The position numbers and the translations under genes are program-made. From NCBI GenBank assembly GCA_040005235.1, contig JBDTZG010000043.1, forward strand, positions 1 through 47,761: 47,761 nucleotides of DNA. Reading direction: 5' to 3'. Positions within the stretch are counted from its first letter, which is position 1. The number at the start of each line of letters is the position of its first letter. Under the pieces are notes generated by a model, which was given only the letters and a program-made list of their open reading frames with translations, had not been told where the DNA came from and made no database searches. Shown here one piece after another: positions 40,875 through 47,761 of this stretch. This stretch comes from Acidobacteriota bacterium. GTDB lineage: Bacteria; Acidobacteriota; Thermoanaerobaculia; Multivoradales; UBA5704.

Positions 40875-41663
40875 TTACGGCACGGGCACCGCAGGCGCCA
40901 GCGGCGCCAGATCCGGTTCCCCTTCGTACGTCACCCGCTCGAGAAACAGCCCCGAAGGCGGCGCGGTCCAGGCTGCCGTGTTGGCGGCTCCGGGGATTGG
41001 CTTCGCGGCGAGGAGGGATTTGAAGTCGCGTTCGGACAGCTCTCCGGTGCCGACTTTGACCAGGGTGCCGACGACGCGGCGGACCATTTTCCAGACGAAA
41101 TGCGACGCTTCGATGCGGAACAGGATTAGCGAGCCGGAGGCGACGATCTCGGCGTGGTGGACCAGGACCTGGGTGCTCGGCTGGTCGTCCGGCCGTTCGC
41201 AGAAAAGGCGGAAGTCGTGGGAGCCGGCGAGCAGCGCCGCGGCGCGGGACATCGCTTTTTTGTCGAGCGGGTGCTTGACCCACCAGACGAAGCGCTTGAC
41301 CAGGGCGGTGCGGCGGGTGGAGATCTGGTAGAGGTAGACCCGCGAGGCCGCGTGGTGGCGCGAATGGAATCGGTCGGCCGCGAGCACGCAGGAGACCATA
41401 TGAATGTCGGAGGGCAGCCGATCGTTTACCCCCCAGCAGAACTCATCGATCTCGACCGGCCGGGCGAGCTTCAGGTGGGCGACCTGGGCGAGCGCGTGGA
41501 CCCCGGCGTCGGTGCGTCCGGCTCCCCCCAGCTCGCGGATTTCGCCCACGGTTTCTTCGATCGCGCGGCGCAGCTCGCCCATCACGGTGCGGGCGTTTTT
41601 CTGCTCTTGCCAGCCGCTGTAGCGGGTTCCTTCGTATTCGAGGGTCAGGCGATAGGTAGGCAC
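40875..41663 (-). CDS. truA: tRNA pseudouridine(38-40) synthase
   Basis: LEYEGTRYSGWQ, AGRTDAGVHALAQV (catalytic Asp), GSHDF, FVWKMVRRVVG, TAPPSGLFL. Confidence 0.95.
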   Translation of the reverse strand: MPTYRLTLEYEGTRYSGWQEQKNARTVMGELRRAIEETVGEIRELGGAGRTDAGVHALAQVAHLKLARPVEIDEFCWGVNDRLPSDIHMVSCVLAADRFHSRHHAASRVYLYQISTRRTALVKRFVWWVKHPLDKKAMSRAAALLAGSHDFRLFCERPDDQPSTQVLVHHAEIVASGSLILFRIEASHFVWKMVRRVVGTLVKVGTGELSERDFKSLLAAKPIPGAANTAAWTAPPSGLFLERVTYEGEPDLAPLAPAVPVP

Positions 41664-41741
41664 GACGGCGGATTATGACGGAAACTCGGCGCCGGACATC
41701 CGTCCCGCTCCGATCCGCCCGCCACACTGGTCTTCTCGGAC

Positions 41742-43115
41742 ATGAGCTCCAACTCCCCCACCTCCGCGTCTCCCCTGCTCGAACCTTCTCACCGCCGCAC
41801 GGCACGCAGCCTGCCGCGTGAAGATCGCGGCTGCGGCTGGATCGAGACGCTCGAAGCTCCAGCGCCTGCCTGGGTGCTCGCGACCGCTCCGGGCACTCCA
41901 TCGGAATTTGAGGCGGTGGTGATCGGCGCTGGGTTCACCGGCCTGGCCACCGCCCGCCGGCTCGCGGAGCAGCGTCCCGGCTGGCGCATCGCCCTGATCG
42001 ACGCGCAGCGGGCGGGGTTCGGGGCCTCGGGCCGCAGCTCGGGCTTCGTCGTCGATCTAGCCCATTTCATCGCCCGGATGGAGCCCGCGGCGAGCCGCAA
42101 GTTCGTGGCGCTTTCGCGCAGCGGGATCGGCGAGCTGCGCAATCTCGCCCAGGAGCACGAGATCGCCTGCGATTGGGACGAGCGGGGCTGGCTTCACGTC
42201 GCGGCGGGCGCAGTGGCGGAAAAATCGCTTCCCTTTCTCGCCTCCTGGCTCGACTCTCTCGACGAGCCGTACGAGAAGCTCGACGCCTCGGGTTTGGAGG
42301 CGATCATCGGCAGCGCTTTCTACCGTGCCGGGTTGCGCCTGCCGGGCAGCGTTCTGGTACAGCCCGCGGCGCTGCTGCGTGGCCTGGCCGCGGCGTTGCC
42401 GCGAGCGGTGGAGCTGTACGAGGAGTCGCCCGTGCGCGAGATCCGCCGGGAGGGGTCGACGTTCCGCCTGGCGGTCGCCGACGGCTTGATTTTCTCTCCG
42501 CTCGTCTTCGTCGCCGCGAACGGCTACGCCCCGGCGCTTGGGGTGTTCGAGCGGCGGCTCTTTCCGCTCTACACCTTCGGCAGCCTGACCCGGCCGCTCA
42601 GCACGGAAGAACAGGAGGTCCTGGGCGGCGAGCGGGAGTGGGGCCTGCTCGCCGAGGATGCGATGGGCTCGACCGTCCGGCGGACCCGCGATCAGCGCAT
42701 TCTGATCCGCAACAGCGCCCGATTCACCCGCAACCACGTCCTGCCGGACGGCCCGCCGGAGGCGATCCTCAACCTTCACCGGCAGGCGTTCGCCAAACGC
42801 TTCCCAAAGCTCGCCCACGTGCCGTTCGCCCATAGCTGGGGCGGCCCGCTCGGCGTCACCCCCGATCGCTCGATCGCTTTCGGCGCGGTCGAACCGGGGC
42901 TGTTCGCAGCGGGCGGGTACACCGGAGCCGGCATCGCGATCGGCACCACCGTCGGCCGGCTGCTCGCCGATCTCGCCCTGGGGGAAGCCTCCGAGATGCT
43001 CGCTGCGATGCAGTCGCTGCCGCAGCCGAAAAAGCTGCCGCCGCAGCCGTTTCTCGACTGGGGGATCCGCTGGCAGGTGCGGCGGATGAACGGATCGGCG
43101 GGGGTGACGCTGTAG
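41742..43115 (+). CDS. FAD-dependent oxidoreductase (DAO / PuuB-like family)
   Basis: VIGAGFTGL Rossmann motif, GFGASGRSSG, HSWGG, GYTGAGIAIG. Confidence 0.85.
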   Translation: MSSNSPTSASPLLEPSHRRTARSLPREDRGCGWIETLEAPAPAWVLATAPGTPSEFEAVVIGAGFTGLATARRLAEQRPGWRIALIDAQRAGFGASGRSSGFVVDLAHFIARMEPAASRKFVALSRSGIGELRNLAQEHEIACDWDERGWLHVAAGAVAEKSLPFLASWLDSLDEPYEKLDASGLEAIIGSAFYRAGLRLPGSVLVQPAALLRGLAAALPRAVELYEESPVREIRREGSTFRLAVADGLIFSPLVFVAANGYAPALGVFERRLFPLYTFGSLTRPLSTEEQEVLGGEREWGLLAEDAMGSTVRRTRDQRILIRNSARFTRNHVLPDGPPEAILNLHRQAFAKRFPKLAHVPFAHSWGGPLGVTPDRSIAFGAVEPGLFAAGGYTGAGIAIGTTVGRLLADLALGEASEMLAAMQSLPQPKKLPPQPFLDWGIRWQVRRMNGSAGVTL

Positions 43116-43189
43116 GGCGCCACGCCAGCTTTCTGTCCCTTTCGTCCTTGCTGCTCACACCTTCCCCAAGATAAGGTCCGCCGCTCCTT

Positions 43190-45757
43190 ATGATCCGCTC
43201 CAAGATTTCGTGCTCGATCCATAAATTCGGCGGCGCCGCGCTCGCCGATGCGGGATCGATTCGCCGCGCGGTCGAAATCTTCCGCTCCGAAGGGGGTCCC
43301 AAGGTCGCCGTGGTCTCGGCGATGGCGGGCGTGACCGACGCGCTGCTCGAAGTGGGCGCCCGGGCGCTCGCAGGCGACGAGCTCGAAGCGCTGGCGATCG
43401 TCGAGCGGCTGCGGGCACGGCATCTGGAAACGGCGCAGGCGCTCGCCCGCGATGGCCGCGACCGCGACGCGCTGCTCGCCCTAATCGTCGCGTCGTTCTC
43501 CGAGCTGGGCGCCCTCGCCCGCGGCCTCGCGATTCTGCGCGAGCTGTCGCCGCGCACCTCGGACGCGATCGTCGCCCGCGGCGAGCTGCTCTCGTCCCGG
43601 CTGTTTTCGGCCGGCCTCGCGGCGGTCGGCGAGCGCGCGCGATGGATCGAGCCGGGGTCGGTCATCGTCACCGACGGCCGCTACGGCAACGCCTCGCCCG
43701 ATCTGGCCGCAACTGACCGGGCCGCTTCGCGGATCCTCCCGCCGCTGTTCGCGCGCGGGATTTCGCCGGTGGTCGCGGGCTTCCTGGGGGCGAGCCCCGA
43801 AGGGCGCCTCGCGACCCTCGGCCGCGGCGGCACCGATCTTTCGGCGACGATGCTCGGCCGGGCGCTCGACGCATCGCGGGTCGTGCTGTGGAAGGACGTG
43901 CCCGGCCTGCTGACCGCCGATCCGCGGATCGTGCCCACGGCGCGCGTGCTGCCGAAGCTCGATCTGCGCGAGGCGGCAGAGCTGGCCTATTACGGCGCCA
44001 AGGTCCTACACCCGCGGGCGTTGATCCCTCTGTCCACCCCGAAGGCCCCGGGACCGGCGGGATCCGAGCTTCGCGGCGCACCGCCGCAGGTGCGGTTGAT
44101 CATCAAGCCGTTCGCCGACCCGGAGGCGCCCGGCACCGAAATCGCCGCGCTCGGCCGGCCGAAGCGCTCGCAGCCGGTGCGCGCCCTCTCCGCCGTGCGC
44201 GGCCAGGCGCTGGTCACGGTGGCGGGCAGCGGCATGCTCGGCGTCCCCGGAATCGCGGCGCGGACCTTCGGCGCGCTGCACCACGAAGGGATCTCGGTGT
44301 CGCTGATCTCCCAGGCGTCCTCCGAGCATTCGATCTGCTTTTCCGTGCCGCGCGCCGATTCCGAGCGCGCGCGGGTCGCCCTGTCCGAGGCGTTTCGCGA
44401 CGAGATCGTGCGCCGCGAGATCGACGGCGTCGAGGTGCGCGCTGGGGTGGCGACCCTCGCGGTCGTCGGCCTCGGCATGCCGGGCACTCCGGGCACCGCG
44501 GCGCGCACGTTCCGCGCGCTCGCCGAAGCGGAGATCAACGTCGTCGCGATCGCCCAGGGCTCTTCGGAGCTGAACCTCTCCATGGTGGTCGACGACCGCG
44601 AAGCGGAAGAGGCGCTGCGCCGGATCCACGCCGCGTTCCAGCTCGACAAGATCGGCGGCGGCCACGCCCACGCCCGGCCGAGCACCCTGCCCGCCGACGT
44701 CGTGCTGCTCGGTTTCGGCGCGGTCGGCCGCGAGCTGGCGCTGCTGATCGCCAAGCTCAAGAATGCCCCCGTCCGCGTGGTCGCGGTGATCGACCGGTCG
44801 GGCTACGTGTTCCGGCCGCACGGTCTGCCGGGCGCCACCCTCAAGAAGCTCGTCCTTTCGAAAGCGAAAGGGGGCGCGCTCGCCACGGCTCCCGGCGGTC
44901 ACGCGGCGACCCCCGAAGCGGCGCTCGCCGAAATCTGCCGTCACGCCCTCGCGCGGCCGATCCTCGCGGATCTCACCGCGGAAGACACCGCGCCGCTGCT
45001 TTCCACCGCGCTCGAAGCGGGAATGCGCCTGGCGCTCGCGAACAAGCGCCCGCTCTCCGGACCGCGGCGCGAGGCGGCGGAGCTGCTGGCGCTCGCCCGC
45101 GCGCTCGGCCGCGACCTGCGCTTCGAGGCGACGGTGGGCGCGGGGCTGCCGGTGATGGACACCTATCGCAAGCTGCTCGAATCGGGCGACCGGATCGAGC
45201 GGATCGAGGGGTGCTTCTCGGGCACGCTCGGCTTTCTGCTCACCGAGGTCTCGCGCGGCAAGCGTTTCTCCGAAGCGCTCCGCGCCGCGATGGCCGCCGG
45301 CTTCACCGAGCCCGACCCGCGCGACGATCTGTCCGGAATGGACGTGGCGCGTAAAGCGCTGATCCTCGGCCGGCTGCTCGGCTTCGACGGCGAGATCGGC
45401 GACGTGGCGGTCGAGCCTCTGGTCCCTGCCTGGGCGCGCGACCTATCGCGAGAGGAGTTTTTGGCCCGTCTGCCGGAGCTCGACGCGTCGTGGAAAAAGC
45501 GCGGCGACGAGGCGCGGTCGCGCAGCGAGGCGCTCCGCTACGTGGCGACCGTCACCCGGCGAAAGCTTTCGGTGGCACTCGCCGCGGTGCCGGCGACTTC
45601 GTCGTTCGCGGCACTTCACGGCACCGCGAACCAGGTGGTGTTCACGACCGCGCGCTACAAGACGAACCCCCTGGTGATCACCGGCCCGGGCGCCGGGCTC
45701 GGCGTCACCGCGGCCGGCGTGGCGAACGACCTGTTCGAGCTGGCGGGCGAGCCGTGA
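43190..45757 (+). CDS. thrA: Bifunctional aspartokinase / homoserine dehydrogenase
   Basis: HKFGGA, VVSAM, TLGRGGTD, two ACT domains (ISQASSE, IAQGSSE), GFGAVG, EATVGAGLP, GFTEPDPRDDLSGMDVARK, GPGAG. Confidence 0.95.
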   Translation: MIRSKISCSIHKFGGAALADAGSIRRAVEIFRSEGGPKVAVVSAMAGVTDALLEVGARALAGDELEALAIVERLRARHLETAQALARDGRDRDALLALIVASFSELGALARGLAILRELSPRTSDAIVARGELLSSRLFSAGLAAVGERARWIEPGSVIVTDGRYGNASPDLAATDRAASRILPPLFARGISPVVAGFLGASPEGRLATLGRGGTDLSATMLGRALDASRVVLWKDVPGLLTADPRIVPTARVLPKLDLREAAELAYYGAKVLHPRALIPLSTPKAPGPAGSELRGAPPQVRLIIKPFADPEAPGTEIAALGRPKRSQPVRALSAVRGQALVTVAGSGMLGVPGIAARTFGALHHEGISVSLISQASSEHSICFSVPRADSERARVALSEAFRDEIVRREIDGVEVRAGVATLAVVGLGMPGTPGTAARTFRALAEAEINVVAIAQGSSELNLSMVVDDREAEEALRRIHAAFQLDKIGGGHAHARPSTLPADVVLLGFGAVGRELALLIAKLKNAPVRVVAVIDRSGYVFRPHGLPGATLKKLVLSKAKGGALATAPGGHAATPEAALAEICRHALARPILADLTAEDTAPLLSTALEAGMRLALANKRPLSGPRREAAELLALARALGRDLRFEATVGAGLPVMDTYRKLLESGDRIERIEGCFSGTLGFLLTEVSRGKRFSEALRAAMAAGFTEPDPRDDLSGMDVARKALILGRLLGFDGEIGDVAVEPLVPAWARDLSREEFLARLPELDASWKKRGDEARSRSEALRYVATVTRRKLSVALAAVPATSSFAALHGTANQVVFTTARYKTNPLVITGPGAGLGVTAAGVANDLFELAGEP

Positions 45758-46713
45758 GCGACGCGCAGCGGACTTTCTCCCGCGTCTTCGCCCCGGGCTC
45801 GATCGGCAACCTCGGCCCGGGATTCGACACCTTGGGCCTCGCGGTCGCCGGGGCCGGCGACACGGTCACCGCGCGGCGCATCGACGCGAAAGCCGGCGCG
45901 GGGCAGATCACCATCCTCTCGGCGGGCCATCCCGATCTGCCGCTCGATCCCGATCTGAACTCCGGCGGCATCGCGGCGCGCGACGTCCTCCGTCAGGCGG
46001 GATCGAAGATCGCCGTCTCGCTCTCGATCGAAAAAGGGCTGCCGCTCTCGGCCGGTTTGGGCGGCAGCGCCGCCTCGGCGGTCGCCGCCGCCGTCGCGGT
46101 CAACCTGCTGCTCGGCTCGCCGCTCGACGAGAACGCCCTGCTCGCCGCGAGCCTCGCGGGCGAGGCCGCGGTCGCCGGCTGCCACCTGGACAACGTGGCC
46201 CCTTCGCTGCTCGGCGGCGCCGTATTGGTCCGCTCGATCGATCCGATCGACGCGATCCGCCTGCCGGTGCCCGCGGGCCTTCTCGCGGTGCTCGCGACCC
46301 CGGACGCCGAGCTGCGCACTGCCGAAGCGCGCCGCGTCCTGCCGAAGGAGGTTTCACGCGCGGTGGCGGTCCACCAACTCGCGCACACCGGAGCCTTGAT
46401 CGCCGGGCTCTGCATCGGTGATCTCGCGCTGATCGGCCGGGCGATCGACGACCGGATCGCCGAACCGGTGCGCGCGCCGCTGCTCGCCGGTTTCGCCGAA
46501 GCGAAAGCCGCGGCGCTCGCCGCCGGAGCGCTCGGCGCGTCGATCTCCGGCTCCGGCCCGACGGCGTTCGCGCTTGCGGGCGACCGGGCAACGGCCGAGC
46601 GAATCGCCGCCGCCATGCGCGACGCCTACGCCGCCCGCGGCATCGCATCGACCGTGCGCATCGCCGAAGTCGACCGCCAAGGCGCCCGCGAGCTTCCAGG
46701 AGACGACGCATGA
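45754..46713 (+). CDS. thrB: Homoserine kinase (GHMP)
   Basis: GTG overlapping the thrA stop; APGSIGNLGPGFD, PLSAGLGGSAAS, HLDNVAP, SGSGPT. Confidence 0.93.
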   Translation: MSDAQRTFSRVFAPGSIGNLGPGFDTLGLAVAGAGDTVTARRIDAKAGAGQITILSAGHPDLPLDPDLNSGGIAARDVLRQAGSKIAVSLSIEKGLPLSAGLGGSAASAVAAAVAVNLLLGSPLDENALLAASLAGEAAVAGCHLDNVAPSLLGGAVLVRSIDPIDAIRLPVPAGLLAVLATPDAELRTAEARRVLPKEVSRAVAVHQLAHTGALIAGLCIGDLALIGRAIDDRIAEPVRAPLLAGFAEAKAAALAAGALGASISGSGPTAFALAGDRATAERIAAAMRDAYAARGIASTVRIAEVDRQGARELPGDDA

Positions 46714-47761
46714 TTTTTGCCCCCGGTGCCGTAACGATCCAGGTCTGCGCCGCCTGCGGCACCGAGTTGCCCGCGCTGGACGCCCGCTCGCGCTGCGACT
46801 GCGGCGGTTTACTGGAGGCGCGGCAGCCGGCTCCGATCCGGCGCGGCGCGGACCTGCGCGCGCTGTTCGCCGAGCGCCGCGCATCCGGCCGCGGAGTATC
46901 CGGCTCGGGCGTCTGGCGCTATCGCGAGCTGGTGGCGCCCGGAGCCGCGGACGACGAGATCGTCAGCCACCCGGAGGGCAACACCCCGCTCCTCTGCCGC
47001 GGCGCAGTCAGCCGTTTCGCAGGAGTCGCCGACCTCACGATGAAGCACGAGGGGCACAACCCGACGGGATCGTTCAAGGATCGCGGCATGACCGCGGGGG
47101 TCACCCAAGGAAAGCGGGTCGGCGCCACGGCGGTCGCCTGCGCTTCGACCGGCAACACGTCGGCCGCCCTCGCCTCCTACGCCGCGCAGGCGGGCATCCC
47201 CGCCCTGGTGGTCGTGCCGGCAGGCCAGATCGCTCTGGGCAAGCTCGCGCAGTCGCTCGCCTATGGCGCGAAGACCCTGCTGGTGCGCGGAGATTTCGAC
47301 GACTGCCTGCGTCTGATCGAACAGGCCAGCCGCGAGCTGGACGTCTACCTGCTCAACTCGATCAACCCGTTCCGGCTCGAAGGGCAAAAGACGATCGTGC
47401 TCGAAATCCTGGAGCAGCTCGGCTGGGAAGTCCCCGATTGGATCGCGCTCCCCGCCGGCAACCTGGGCAACACCTCGGCGTTCGGCAAGGCACTGGTCGA
47501 AGCCCGAGAGCTGGGCCTGATCGATCGCCTACCGCGCCTCGCCGCGATCCAAGCCGCCGGAGCTTCGCCGTTCGCCCAGGGCTTCGCCGAAGGGTTCACC
47601 CAACGCCGGACGATGAAAGCCGACACGATCGCCACGGCGATCAAGATCGGAGATCCCGCCTCCTGGGACCGAGCGGTGCGAGCGATAACCGACACGAACG
47701 GCGTCTCGATCGCCGTCACCGACGAAGAGATCCTCGAAGCCAAAGCCGCGATCGACGCCTC
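46710..47761 (+). CDS. thrC: Threonine synthase, runs off the window end
   Basis: ATG overlapping the thrB stop; CAAC...CDCGG zinc ribbon, GVWRY, EGNTPL, HNPTGSFKDRGM (PLP lysine), CASTGNTS, NPFRLEGQKT, PAGNLGN. Confidence 0.95.
   Translation, partial: MIFAPGAVTIQVCAACGTELPALDARSRCDCGGLLEARQPAPIRRGADLRALFAERRASGRGVSGSGVWRYRELVAPGAADDEIVSHPEGNTPLLCRGAVSRFAGVADLTMKHEGHNPTGSFKDRGMTAGVTQGKRVGATAVACASTGNTSAALASYAAQAGIPALVVVPAGQIALGKLAQSLAYGAKTLLVRGDFDDCLRLIEQASRELDVYLLNSINPFRLEGQKTIVLEILEQLGWEVPDWIALPAGNLGNTSAFGKALVEARELGLIDRLPRLAAIQAAGASPFAQGFAEGFTQRRTMKADTIATAIKIGDPASWDRAVRAITDTNGVSIAVTDEEILEAKAAIDA

Noticed and set aside
43116-43189. Possible thr leader peptide, attenuator or T-box
   Set aside because: Only ~75 bp, with no Thr/Ile-rich ORF or terminator hairpin.
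45490-45753. N-terminal extension of thrB in the ORF track
   Set aside because: Overlaps thrA; GTG at 45754 fits the family and translational coupling.
41742-47761. thrABC and the FAD oxidoreductase as precursor supply for the cluster
   Set aside because: Divergent, separated by truA, and no Thr-type A code (DFWNIG) in the NRPS.

Overview
High-GC bacterial DNA. The PadR plus ADOP-type permease pair suggests Acidobacteriota (inference). The window has three blocks. (1) About 1.4-7.3 kb is an accessory patch downstream of tRNA-Glu(TTC). It holds an orphan AbrB-type gene, a CATAA-N6-TTATG dif-like palindrome, an NLR-like CHAT(caspase)-NTPase / TPR gene pair and a frameshifted HATPase-HTH remnant. 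(2) About 7.6-40 kb centres on a minus-strand, three-gene, ~28.7 kb lipopeptide NRPS-PKS cluster: FAAL-ACP-C-A-T-C-[A deleted]-T-C-A(Ala)-T-C-A-T; then KS-AT-KR0-ACP-C-A(Ser)-T-C-A(Val)-T; then C-T-C-T. It has three adenylation-less modules, two with visible deletion scars, and no thioesterase. Three different REP-like palindromes lie inside the megasynthase genes without breaking the reading frame. The cluster is flanked by a sulfatase-like lipoprotein and two alpha/beta hydrolases. (3) About 40.8-47.8 kb is housekeeping: truA, an FAD oxidoreductase and thrA-thrB-thrC. Domain and substrate calls come from reading motifs by eye; no searches were run.
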